Virus record (IMG/VR): IMGVR_UViG_3300030330_004915
Span: 1-33,907 of that record
DNA from: a virus
Lineage: Duplodnaviria; Caudoviricetes
Length of the DNA: 33,907 nucleotides
Strand: one strand, 5' to 3'
Positions 8,277 through 17,296 of the stretch are shown one piece after another; the stretch's first letter is position 1, and each line of letters begins with the position of its first letter. A program made the translations under genes and the position numbers. The notes under the pieces are model-generated. The model was not told the origin of the DNA. It did not search any database and saw only the letters and a program-made list of their open reading frames with translations.

Positions 8277-8818
8277 GGGTTTTCGGGGACTGTGGTTGCC
8301 GCTGTCTGCCTAGGCGCTGTGACCTGAGCCAACTGAGCTGCACGAATCATTTGACGGTGCTGCTCTAGTTCTTGTGAGAGAGCTGCCGTTTGTTGCTGTG
8401 CCCAGTTTTGTGCGTTGCTAGAGAGTTCCTCTAAAACATTCGCACTGTGTGGGAAATTAAAAGTTGCTCCTACTCCCTTGTTGTTGTTTATTTTAGTTGC
8501 GCCAGTGCTTTCAGCCAGGGCTGTAAGGAAACCGTATGCCTGATCAACACTTACGTTTGCGACAAAAGAAAGCTCCACTGGGTCGACTAGACCTCGATTA
8601 CGTTCATACATGGCACTGAAGGCACCGCTTACACGATGAGCAACATCAGAGCCTTCTCTGGAGCGACGAGTTTTCTCATCGCTAGCGGAGACACCAGCCA
8701 TTGCGCCCCCGATAAAAGCCAGAGGTGCGCCAAGAAAAAGAGGAGCCTTAACAGCAGTGACGACTGCTGCAGCTCCTCCGGCCAAGATGATCAGGGCAAA
8801 TGCTTTAGGTGTCCGCAT
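8258..8818 (-). CDS. membrane protein (two N-terminal TM helices, C-terminal coiled coil)
   Basis: MRTPKAFALIILAGGAAAVV...FLGAPLAFIGGAMAG. Confidence 0.75.
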   Translation of the reverse strand: MRTPKAFALIILAGGAAAVVTAVKAPLFLGAPLAFIGGAMAGVSASDEKTRRSREGSDVAHRVSGAFSAMYERNRGLVDPVELSFVANVSVDQAYGFLTALAESTGATKINNNKGVGATFNFPHSANVLEELSSNAQNWAQQQTAALSQELEQHRQMIRAAQLAQVTAPRQTAATTVPENPWNNQS

Positions 8819-11576
8819 CGTGTTTGTTGAAACTGTTTTCCCATATAGCAAACTCAGGGTTCTGTGCAAACTCCACAGGGTTGGGGAGTCTGGTGTCACC
8901 ATGAGATGCGCGATCCGATGTTAGATCAAACGGCTTCAGTCGCAAACCTTTGATTGCAGCTAAACCATTCTTGCTCGTTGTTGTGCAGTGTGGAAGCTTG
9001 AGGATGTTACACAGAGTTTCCATTGTGCGTTCAACAAACCTAGGCTTAGCCGCTGGCTTATATCCACATGATTTGCAGAAGTTTGCGTAACTTGCATACA
9101 GCTCACTGTATGCATTTTTGACGTACATTCCCTTTTCTGATTCGTCGGTGCTTGGTCGAGCAGCGCCTCTACCGACAACAGTGGCGCTGTTAGGCGCGTA
9201 AAGACAGCACTCAGACATCCAGGCCACGTACTGATTGTTGAAGACAAGGGCGTCGATGTTGGTTCGTGCAAGCGAAGGAGCATGCTTTACAGGGTTGGCG
9301 AGGACATCCCGCATCTCCTCGAAAGGCATCGACAGTGCCCACGAAACAATGCCGGGTAGCTCTTCTACAAAATCTCCTTCAAGCCGATCGCCATACACCG
9401 AAAGCAATTCTCGACGTTGGCTTGGGGGCACGACCTGATCCATGACGATAGTCAAGCGCCGTCGCTCGAGTCCGCTTGTCGAGTCGTTAGAGCTGATGTG
9501 TTCATTACTTGCGATACACACAAGACACTCAGGCTTGAAACTGATGATTTCTTTTCCGTACTTTCTCTCTGCACGCAATGTGTCAGAGGCGGACGTAAGT
9601 TTTTTGAGAACGTCCATCCGTTTGTTGTAGTTTGATTCGTCAGTCAGAAGTAGCAGTCGTTTACCGATCAGGTTGTAACTCTCGAATTTGTTGGTCTCAA
9701 TCAGCTCCAGGCTCGAGGTGTGGGTGCTGTTGAATCCCGCAAGAGCAATCATCAGCTGCTGCATGGTGGACTTACCTGTTCCACCAGGACCAACAAGGTG
9801 AAGGAATCGTTCTCCCGAGGTGTAACCAGTGAGCAGAGCTCGTGAGAAGGCTTGAATCAGACGTCCTTGACCTTTACGCAATGAAGAATCCAGCCAAGTT
9901 AAAAACTTTGGACACTTTCCGTTTTTATCCCACTGGTAAAGCAGCCTGCTACGGAAGAAGAGATCTTTGTTTTTACCTGGCTCAAACTCGAAAGTCTCGC
10001 TGTCAAGGGCTCCGTTTGAGAACGGAATGTAACCTCTACCTTTTGTAAAAATGCTTGTGCGACCTCCGTTTAAGGATCGGAGCATTTTTGCCTGAAGCAT
10101 CGCATAGACGCTGTTGACAGTTGATGACTGATACTTGGGCAAAACACCTGCAGATACAAAAGTATCTAAAGCGTTGACAATCCTTTTCTTTACGTGCATT
10201 TCGTCTTGCACGTACCAAACACCAGTATCGTTGTCGTAGGTATAAAAGTTGTCGTGAGTGCTGTCGTATAAATAATTATCGCCTTGATTTGTGGCAATAA
10301 TTTCAGCGACATCATTTTCCGCAAAAGCCCTGTTCTGCTGCTGAGCGTTCTGGAGGTTTACTAATTGTGCTGGTGTTTGTGGTGTCGACACTGGGTCTTG
10401 CCTCTCTGGTGTTTTTGTTGGTGTTGTTGTTTTCGTTGTGGCTGGCGATTCGTCTAGAGAGAAATCATCGAAGGTAAGAATCGAGTTAACAGACTTAACT
10501 CTCGTCTGTTTAATCGCTTCTTTGATTTCATCAGTCGCTACTTGATTAAAAATTTCTAAGTCAACAGACTTCAGTCTTTTCCAAGCAGCGATATCGTCGT
10601 GCTCCGATGCCATAACGATAGCCGGTCTGATGGACTCGACGTCTCGAATGCTTTCGACTATTCGTGTAAACTTGCCATCGATCTCCGCAGGGTACTCATA
10701 TACAGCATAGAACGCATGGTGTGCTACTGTCAAGGGTGAGACCCTCGACGAGATGCCTTGGTCTCTGAGCCAGTTGGTCCATCCGAGAATCTCTTTTACT
10801 GCCCTTGTCACAGCCAGGGATCTATCGTCAACTGGCTTACCCTCGATGATGTCTCTTACCGAGCGGCATACAAGTCTTTCCAGATTGACCCCATCTTCCT
10901 CAATCGAAACATCTTCTAGTGCCTCAATAACATCAAATTTTGATCCCAACTCCTCTTTGGGTAACGAATGAAAAACTTTTAAAGCCTCGTCAATTTTTGC
11001 GGAAGGTATAAATTTATCGCTTGTATATAGGATGCCGTCGTTAGTTTTTGACCCATAAAAAAGGTTCGGAACTTGAGTCGCTCGTATATCCGAGCCAGGA
11101 ATATCTTTTGATATAGCTCTAGTAAACCATTGATAAAAGTCTCCATCGATGATTGGTTTTTCTAAACCAAAAACGAGCCTAAAACGAGGCCAACCGGTTT
11201 TTGTTGAAGGTGAATCGTAAGCAAGAGACAAATACTTTTTACAAATATCTAATTCTTGAGCTTGTTCCCACGTAAGTTCTTGCTTTTGGATTTTATTTCC
11301 GTCCTGATCTTTGCCATCTGCTTGATTGTCAATGTCAATAATTATCAGACCAGCGTGGATTAAACCAGTCTCACCTTTAACCCTCTTTCCGTTTACTAAA
11401 TGCCAAGCACATAATCCTTTTGACTGCGCTACTTCTTCGGCTATTTGGTCTGATGATAAATTTTTTGCTTCCCACCCGCTGTTGAAAGAGCTATAGTCAC
11501 CACCTGCTTCAATTTTGCCCGATACAGCATCAAGCGCCTGTAGTACGTTTGTGTTTATCGAGCAAATAAAGTTCAT
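8805..11576 (-). CDS. primase-helicase (AEP-like N-terminus, D5/P4-type SF3 helicase C-terminus)
   Basis: IIIDID and SPS...PRFRLVF in the N-terminus. Walker A GPGGTGKST, Walker B LLLTDE, motif C IASN and LERR in the C-terminus. Confidence 0.9.
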   Translation of the reverse strand: MNFICSINTNVLQALDAVSGKIEAGGDYSSFNSGWEAKNLSSDQIAEEVAQSKGLCAWHLVNGKRVKGETGLIHAGLIIIDIDNQADGKDQDGNKIQKQELTWEQAQELDICKKYLSLAYDSPSTKTGWPRFRLVFGLEKPIIDGDFYQWFTRAISKDIPGSDIRATQVPNLFYGSKTNDGILYTSDKFIPSAKIDEALKVFHSLPKEELGSKFDVIEALEDVSIEEDGVNLERLVCRSVRDIIEGKPVDDRSLAVTRAVKEILGWTNWLRDQGISSRVSPLTVAHHAFYAVYEYPAEIDGKFTRIVESIRDVESIRPAIVMASEHDDIAAWKRLKSVDLEIFNQVATDEIKEAIKQTRVKSVNSILTFDDFSLDESPATTKTTTPTKTPERQDPVSTPQTPAQLVNLQNAQQQNRAFAENDVAEIIATNQGDNYLYDSTHDNFYTYDNDTGVWYVQDEMHVKKRIVNALDTFVSAGVLPKYQSSTVNSVYAMLQAKMLRSLNGGRTSIFTKGRGYIPFSNGALDSETFEFEPGKNKDLFFRSRLLYQWDKNGKCPKFLTWLDSSLRKGQGRLIQAFSRALLTGYTSGERFLHLVGPGGTGKSTMQQLMIALAGFNSTHTSSLELIETNKFESYNLIGKRLLLLTDESNYNKRMDVLKKLTSASDTLRAERKYGKEIISFKPECLVCIASNEHISSNDSTSGLERRRLTIVMDQVVPPSQRRELLSVYGDRLEGDFVEELPGIVSWALSMPFEEMRDVLANPVKHAPSLARTNIDALVFNNQYVAWMSECCLYAPNSATVVGRGAARPSTDESEKGMYVKNAYSELYASYANFCKSCGYKPAAKPRFVERTMETLCNILKLPHCTTTSKNGLAAIKGLRLKPFDLTSDRASHGDTRLPNPVEFAQNPEFAIWENSFNKHDADT

Positions 11577-11642
11577 AGGACGTTTTGATGTCTCGCTATT
11601 CTGCCTCAACTTTGCTAATCCGACAGGGCTTGAAGCAAAGTT

Positions 11643-12431
11643 TTAAGACTGCTTGGCGTTTGGTCGCACTTCAGTGAAAAACTTATCCACCAAGGCCAGC
11701 CAAGCCATTTCGTCCTTCTCCACTTCAGTTTCACCAAAGGTAAAGACCTGTGTTTGATAGTCTTCGAGTGCTGTCGACACGATTATTTGAGTCTTATTGA
11801 TTTTAATTCCTAAGCATTTTTCGGCTGCTAATTTATACGCTGCTAGTTGCAAGCGTGTCTTTTTTACTTTGAAGACACCAGAAATCAAAGCTTTACGAGT
11901 CTTCTCGTCTAGGTTCTGTTTTTTGTTTGGAAAGCGAGCACTGTAAGGACCTGCACTGGTCTTGAAGTCAGCAAGGACTATCTCAGCGTTCTGGTCCATG
12001 TAGATCAGGTCGCAACAACCGGCGTAGCCATGCCCAGTATTTTCGTCGTAATAAAAAATTCTTCCCACTCCGTCTTCCCCAACATATTTAGACCAGGCAG
12101 GCTGGTTAAACGGACGCTCTGACCAAAGCACTCGACCGCCCTCAAGTAACTCATCGCATCTTTCTGGCACGCCCGTCCAATAATCCGCGTATTGTTTAGG
12201 CGGTACGACTTTGAGCCCTCGCAAATGGTTTTCTGTTGCTTCGTGGATCCAAGTTCCTCTCGCTGCTGCTGCATCAGCAACCCCTGGATTCATAATGTTC
12301 CAGTGGGCCAGCTTCTGTTGTGTTTTAGCAGACGCAGTGCTACTTAAGATTGACGTAACCGACGGAAGGTAATTGGGTACTCCAGGGCATTTGTAATGCC
12401 TTAGACCGTTTATCGTTTTACGAGTATCCAC
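11643..12431 (-). CDS. PD-(D/E)xK exonuclease
   Basis: PSVTSIL, RGTWIH, SE, YAGCCD, LADFKTS and QLAAY motifs. Confidence 0.85.
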   Translation of the reverse strand: MDTRKTINGLRHYKCPGVPNYLPSVTSILSSTASAKTQQKLAHWNIMNPGVADAAAARGTWIHEATENHLRGLKVVPPKQYADYWTGVPERCDELLEGGRVLWSERPFNQPAWSKYVGEDGVGRIFYYDENTGHGYAGCCDLIYMDQNAEIVLADFKTSAGPYSARFPNKKQNLDEKTRKALISGVFKVKKTRLQLAAYKLAAEKCLGIKINKTQIIVSTALEDYQTQVFTFGETEVEKDEMAWLALVDKFFTEVRPNAKQS

Positions 12432-12449
12432 TAGCTATTTTTATTTATT

Positions 12450-12758
12450 TTAAAACGTTCCCAAGTCGCTGTCAGAGGGGTCTGAAGGTTTTGGATCGTC
12501 TAGAAAAAACTCACTTTTCTGGTAATCGTATTCTTTGTTTCTTTGATCTAGTTCGCCTAGCAAACACCTTCCTGCCGAAAAAGAGTCAGCCACCAAATCT
12601 GCAATATCTTGAGGTCCTCGAGGGTTACCCGCGTGGTCGACACACTCCTGTAGAAGCTGGTTGCTCACCAGGATTGCTGCAATGGTATCAAGTTTTTTAT
12701 TTGTCTCCTGTTGTGCTTCTACCCACTGGGTAAGAAGTAAAGTTAATCGACCTTTCAT
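12450..12758 (-). CDS. hypothetical protein
   Basis: 102-aa ORF in the operon. Confidence 0.7.
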   Translation of the reverse strand: MKGRLTLLLTQWVEAQQETNKKLDTIAAILVSNQLLQECVDHAGNPRGPQDIADLVADSFSAGRCLLGELDQRNKEYDYQKSEFFLDDPKPSDPSDSDLGTF

Positions 12759-12761
12759 TAT

Positions 12762-13289
12762 TTATAAAAAAGACTTTGGTCGCTGCCAGCTTACATCGAA
12801 ATCAATTTTTGTCTCTCCCTGTGATGATTTAGTTTTGTCATATACAAACCACGCTGAAGTCACAGAGTCATTTGTTTTTCTATTATCCGCACGAAATACC
12901 GGACGAGGATTCAAAACAATCAGGTTAGATAAAGGTTTTGAGTGAAGAAAAGTTGCACGGCTGCGCGTCGGTTCCAGAAATGTGAGACGGTCCAGAAAGA
13001 TCAAACCCTTCTGAGCCAGCTCATAACCGGGCTCAAGAACCCACTCGACATCTTTTCGCATACCGTGGGTAATCGCAACGGTCCAATCGAACTCAGGGAG
13101 ACTTTTCCACCAAGAAGGATCAAGGTAATCGGTATCATTGGTAGGGATGAAACACTCAGTGATACCACAAGAGTGTAACTGACTTTGGAGTTCTCCGAAG
13201 AGATCTGTCGGAAGTACTACCCTCCCTTCGCAGATCTTTTTTTCTGCAATAGGATTAAAAATATTGGTGGGGACTTTGTAGAAACTCAT
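12762..13289 (-). CDS. DNA adenine methyltransferase-like protein, degenerate
   Basis: FYKVP, LDRLTFLEPTRSR and DSVTSAWFVY match small phage MTases, but NPP[YF] is absent. Confidence 0.65.
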   Translation of the reverse strand: MSFYKVPTNIFNPIAEKKICEGRVVLPTDLFGELQSQLHSCGITECFIPTNDTDYLDPSWWKSLPEFDWTVAITHGMRKDVEWVLEPGYELAQKGLIFLDRLTFLEPTRSRATFLHSKPLSNLIVLNPRPVFRADNRKTNDSVTSAWFVYDKTKSSQGETKIDFDVSWQRPKSFL

Positions 13290-13527
13290 GAGTGACTCTG
13301 ATGACCTTAAAAAACGATTGAGAGACTACATGACCATGGAGCAAGAGTTCTACCACACTCACTTCATGAACCGTGCAAGCAAAATCGATAAGGTAGATGA
13401 TTTAGTTGAAATACTAGATCTTCTTCATGCGAACTACCTTGTGCAGAAAAGGTTGTTCTCTAATCTGGCGCGTGAAGCTGCAAGGTCAGGCATTGAGCTC
13501 CCGAGCATTGCTCAGTTACTGCAATAA
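13288..13527 (+). CDS. hypothetical protein
   Basis: 79-aa helical ORF (MTMEQEF...), alone on the plus strand and ending at the 13526 hairpin. Confidence 0.6.
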   Translation: MSDSDDLKKRLRDYMTMEQEFYHTHFMNRASKIDKVDDLVEILDLLHANYLVQKRLFSNLAREAARSGIELPSIAQLLQ

Positions 13528-13551
13528 AAAAGGGCCGCCGGAGCGACCCTT
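13526..13551 (-). terminator. intrinsic terminator
   Basis: Minus strand reads AGGGTCGC-TCCG-GCGGCCCT followed by a T run, just after the 13571 stop. Confidence 0.8.
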
Positions 13552-13570
13552 GGTGTGTGAGGTAACCTAT

Positions 13571-14377
13571 TTATACCGCTAGACCAGCGGCTTTCAAGGC
13601 TTCCTTCTGCTCTTTAGTTAATTCTTTACTTTCTGCCTTTGCCTCTGGAGGAGCTGACTTAGGTTCACCTGCTCCTGCAGGAAGAGCCGCTAAACCATCC
13701 GCTTTGGCTGCCTCGAGCTGTGGGTGAGCTTCGTTAAAAGCCGCTTTGATTTGCTCGTGGTCTGCTCCAAGAGGAAGCTCAACCAGATTCGCACCGGAGA
13801 TATGAGCTCGAAGTGCAGAAGATACCAACTCTCCTCCATCAGAAGTAAGCCACTTGTCGATATCTTCGATAAGAGCTTTCTCTGCATCGTCTTTCACGGG
13901 CCGATCAGAAAACTCTAATACGTTGTAGTTAATTTTCTGACCGTCGGCTCCAGTGACGGGATCACGTTCAGTGAAACTTCTCTGAGAGAATTTTGTCTGA
14001 GTGATTACCTCCGCAACGTTGATGCGGTTGTTGTAGAGCGTCTGGAAGTAAGAGATGAAATTCTTCTGACTACTCTTGCCAGAAACAATGGCGGTAGTAA
14101 CGCAACGTGCAGGCAGTAAGCGGTGCGTAGGATCCACACCAATGAATGCGATCCTGATGAACTCCTGATGGTCTCGCATACCGAGGTTGCCATAGAAGGG
14201 TGTAAACCCGAGGAGTACAAACGAAATAGGGATGCCGTTGTCGTTCGAGTCTGTAATCGCGGAATCCGGATCGTTGTCCGACTTCCAGCGACGTTGTTGA
14301 AGATCAATCCTGAGAGTGTTTGGCGGGACTTGACAGAGAATTTCATCAGCCGCAAATTTTCCAGCGATGTAAACCAT
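13571..14377 (-). CDS. hypothetical protein, possibly ssDNA-binding or recombination-related
   Basis: 268 aa, coupled to the SSB-like gene, with a flexible Ala/Pro/Glu-rich C-terminus. Function is inferred from context only. Confidence 0.7.
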   Translation of the reverse strand: MVYIAGKFAADEILCQVPPNTLRIDLQQRRWKSDNDPDSAITDSNDNGIPISFVLLGFTPFYGNLGMRDHQEFIRIAFIGVDPTHRLLPARCVTTAIVSGKSSQKNFISYFQTLYNNRINVAEVITQTKFSQRSFTERDPVTGADGQKINYNVLEFSDRPVKDDAEKALIEDIDKWLTSDGGELVSSALRAHISGANLVELPLGADHEQIKAAFNEAHPQLEAAKADGLAALPAGAGEPKSAPPEAKAESKELTKEQKEALKAAGLAV

Positions 14378-14379
14378 GA

Positions 14380-15027
14380 TCAGAGAGAGAAGTTGACAGT
14401 TCCAATAGCCGCTGCATTGACTTGCCCTTTATCGGGATCAGATGCTTTTTTGGGCGCGGACTTCGTGCCCTTAGGAAGATAAAGGATCTGATCTACTTGG
14501 TAGTTCAGATACTGTTTATCGTCCTTTTCACTTGTGCTGACGCGACCGACAGCAATAGTGGGTGTGCCGTTGGGCAGCTCAGACAACTGTTGAGAGTGCT
14601 CGTTCCAAGCGGTGAGCTTGAACCAGTTGGTCTCTTTGTCGTCAGGTGCTTGCCAAGCAATCGAGCGGTTTGTGACAGTTGAGTCACCAACTTCATTTTG
14701 CTCAGACTTCGGTCCAAGACCCCCGCAAGCCATAAAAGTATTGATTGCAAGAATGTCTGAAAAGTTCTCGGTTGAGACAACCAGCATTGGTTGCATTTGG
14801 AGAACTCCATCAGGCGTGGCCTTAGTCGGACCAATCGCTAGAACTTCTTGCTTTTCTTTAAGGTTTTTTAGAAGTTTGCCTACGTAATGATCAGCTCTCT
14901 GAACAAGCTGAATTTTCGTAGAGACACGTTTGTTTGAAGAAGGAAGTGACTCAGCAATGACGTTGACTTTGTCGTCTTCGATGATTGCCTCATCTTTGAT
15001 CCTGATCCCCATCAGAAAGACATTCAT
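14380..15027 (-). CDS. ssb: single-stranded DNA-binding protein with tandem OB folds
   Basis: The second half has N...GGLG, ETNWFKLTAWN and GTPTIAVGRV, typical of SSB. The first half repeats the pattern in degenerate form. Confidence 0.7.
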   Translation of the reverse strand: MNVFLMGIRIKDEAIIEDDKVNVIAESLPSSNKRVSTKIQLVQRADHYVGKLLKNLKEKQEVLAIGPTKATPDGVLQMQPMLVVSTENFSDILAINTFMACGGLGPKSEQNEVGDSTVTNRSIAWQAPDDKETNWFKLTAWNEHSQQLSELPNGTPTIAVGRVSTSEKDDKQYLNYQVDQILYLPKGTKSAPKKASDPDKGQVNAAAIGTVNFSL

Positions 15028-15574
15028 TTTTTAGGATCCGATAAATCGTTGAGCGGTGTACGTTGAGTGCCTTAGCGATCTGCGGAACGCTCACGCCTTG
15101 GCTACGGAATGCTAAGAGCATCTGCTTGTCTCCGCCACCAAGCTTCGAGTTTTTTGATGTCAAATATTGGTTGTGGTATGGGTTTACACACATGGAGTTA
15201 CCACAAGTTGTCTTGACGACATCGTCTCGACTTATGTCCAAATAACCTAGTACAAGTGGTCTAACGTAGTACCGTTTCCCAAGGGCATATACGGAAGGGC
15301 AGCCATTCGTGACCGAACCGTCCCAGATGTCACAATCCTTGTGATTGAACTTGTTGTAAGCCAGTCTTTCGTACAGTCTTGATAACTTTGTATTTTTTGT
15401 TTCGCCGTAGCTCAAGCTGAATCTTTCAGCCTCGAGGCTTCGGGCAATATCTAACGCTTGACCCTGAGCGTGGGCAGCATCAAGCGCAGATATAGCTAGC
15501 TCTAACTTTTTATCGCACCTAGAAACAAAGAGCTTGTAATGCTCAGGCGTTGACCCGTGCAGCGATTTGGTCAT
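14990..15574 (-). CDS. HNH_3-like zinc domain fused to a Hin-type HTH
   Basis: CDIWDG...CGNSMCVNPYH followed by GVSVPQIAKALNVHRSTIYRIL. Confidence 0.7.
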   Translation of the reverse strand: MTKSLHGSTPEHYKLFVSRCDKKLELAISALDAAHAQGQALDIARSLEAERFSLSYGETKNTKLSRLYERLAYNKFNHKDCDIWDGSVTNGCPSVYALGKRYYVRPLVLGYLDISRDDVVKTTCGNSMCVNPYHNQYLTSKNSKLGGGDKQMLLAFRSQGVSVPQIAKALNVHRSTIYRILKNECLSDGDQDQR

Positions 15575-16703
15575 AAAGACCGCCGCCTCCGGGGACGTTT
15601 CCTGCACGCAGTGTACCCAGGTTTTGGTTCAGGAAGTCCAGAACTTCTCGATCCGTTTTACCTGCGGCTTTTGCAGCTTCGTAATCCAGACCACCGAAGA
15701 AGTTTTCAGAGCCTTCGATTTCGGGATTCTTTGCAGCAGTGCTGATTTGATATTCAGTTGGCTTAGGACCAGGATCAGCAGGTGTAGAACCTACCGGTGC
15801 CATACGAGGTTCCTCAGCAGGTTTCATCAATTGACCGATTTCACTAGATCCACCAGGGGTGTTAGGTCCTCGAAGCAGATCGAGATTTTGATTCAGGAAA
15901 TCTTTGATGTCCGCGTCACTAAAACCAGATTGTTTAGCAGCCTTGTAATCTTCGCCGCCAAAGTATTTTGCGTCTTGACCGAACCTGGTTGAGATTTGAG
16001 GAGCCTCGTACTGGAATGCGTCTTTGAATGCCTGCGTGGCAGGAAACTCACCAGTCTGTGCTGATGGGTCGAAAGCCATCATTTTGTCTGCGTATTCCCT
16101 TGACGTGGCAGCCGAAGTGTCGACCCGATTTTCGGAAATCTGATCGTAGAGACTTTCACCTCCCCGTCCCTTTCGGTTTTGTAAAGCAAGCATCATCGGA
16201 TTGTCATCCAAGAAGCTTTGAATTTCTTCTCTTGAATAACCTGCCTCTTTGGCCTTGATGTAGTCTTGAGCGCCGAAAAGGGCGGTCTGACCGTACTGTC
16301 GAGACAAGTCGAAAAGATTTTGGCGAGTGTCTGAAGGAGGTTCCGGAGTTTGAGGATCAGGAGTTGTAGGCGCAGGAGTTGTAGGCGCAGGAGTTTGAGC
16401 TGCAGGTGCTTCCCCTTGAATATTCTGGTTGTTGATGGTGTTATTAAAGATTGCGCTTGGAGCAGCCGCTTCTTCGTCACGAGCAAGCAACTGAAGTCGC
16501 GTTGTAACAGGATTTTGCTGCTGTGGACGATAAGTTAAACCGCTACCACGGCCTTTTGTCGTCGTTTGGAAAGTTAAAGCAGGCTCAAAATCTCCCCGTT
16601 TACTTTCGTCATCACTGAATAAATCAAGCAGATTTAAGCCAAAAAGGCCGCCCGCTTTACGCAGACCTTGCTTCATGGGCTTGTTATAACGAAGCGCAGT
16701 CAT
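15543..16703 (-). CDS. repeat-containing hypothetical protein
   Basis: Three FGxxDYxxAKxxG...FLxxN repeats and a Pro/Thr linker. Confidence 0.75.
   Translation of the reverse strand: MTALRYNKPMKQGLRKAGGLFGLNLLDLFSDDESKRGDFEPALTFQTTTKGRGSGLTYRPQQQNPVTTRLQLLARDEEAAAPSAIFNNTINNQNIQGEAPAAQTPAPTTPAPTTPDPQTPEPPSDTRQNLFDLSRQYGQTALFGAQDYIKAKEAGYSREEIQSFLDDNPMMLALQNRKGRGGESLYDQISENRVDTSAATSREYADKMMAFDPSAQTGEFPATQAFKDAFQYEAPQISTRFGQDAKYFGGEDYKAAKQSGFSDADIKDFLNQNLDLLRGPNTPGGSSEIGQLMKPAEEPRMAPVGSTPADPGPKPTEYQISTAAKNPEIEGSENFFGGLDYEAAKAAGKTDREVLDFLNQNLGTLRAGNVPGGGGLYDQIAARVNA
16358..16395. repeat. 15-bp tandem repeat, 2.5 copies (CAGGAGTTGTAGGCG)
   Basis: Seen directly. It encodes the TPAPT repeats. Confidence 0.9.
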
Positions 16704-16741
16704 CCTTAACAAACAGTTTTCTACTTACTAATATAGTCGAC

Positions 16742-17296
16742 TTAATCGAGGCGAAGCCAAAAACGTGTTGTATCGAATCCTGGACCTACCGCTCCTTTGA
16801 GCACCCTTGCAATACGTGACGCCTCTTCGTAATCTTTAAAACGTTTAGCTTTCTGTTTGTTACCTGTGTAAGAGCAAAGTAATTTTTTTTCTTTGTTCAG
16901 ACAATCCAAGACGTACTCGTCCCCACGAGAGATAACCCACACCTCTTGAAAACTGAGGAGAGGCATAGCTTCTCTCTCGTCATTGCTATAAAGCTTTCCT
17001 GTTAACTTTACTGTTGATTCAGTATTTGTCTTTTTTGTAGTTACATACTTAACCTTTTTACCCTCTTTAGCTACTCCTGGAGCACAAAAGTTCTTTTTGA
17101 GTTTTCGCGCAGCATTAGCTGCAACCAAAGGTTTGTCGAACACTTCCGGTGTTAGGAGGGTGAAGTCAGCTGTCCTGACACACCCAAAATATCCACTGTC
17201 TGACTTTGCAGTGAACACGTCTTTGCCCTTGGCCTCTGGAATCCAGACGGTCAGATCTACTTCTCGGCCCACGAAACTCCTACGTTTGCGTCGCAC
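16742..17296 (-). CDS. basic hypothetical protein (start uncertain)
   Basis: 184-aa ORF overlapping the end of the polymerase gene. Confidence 0.65.
   Translation of the reverse strand: MRRKRRSFVGREVDLTVWIPEAKGKDVFTAKSDSGYFGCVRTADFTLLTPEVFDKPLVAANAARKLKKNFCAPGVAKEGKKVKYVTTKKTNTESTVKLTGKLYSNDEREAMPLLSFQEVWVISRGDEYVLDCLNKEKKLLCSYTGNKQKAKRFKDYEEASRIARVLKGAVGPGFDTTRFWLRLD

Noticed and set aside
11643-12431. Cas4 as part of a CRISPR system
   Set aside because: It lacks the four-Cys Fe-S pattern and any CRISPR context, so an ordinary phage exonuclease fits better.
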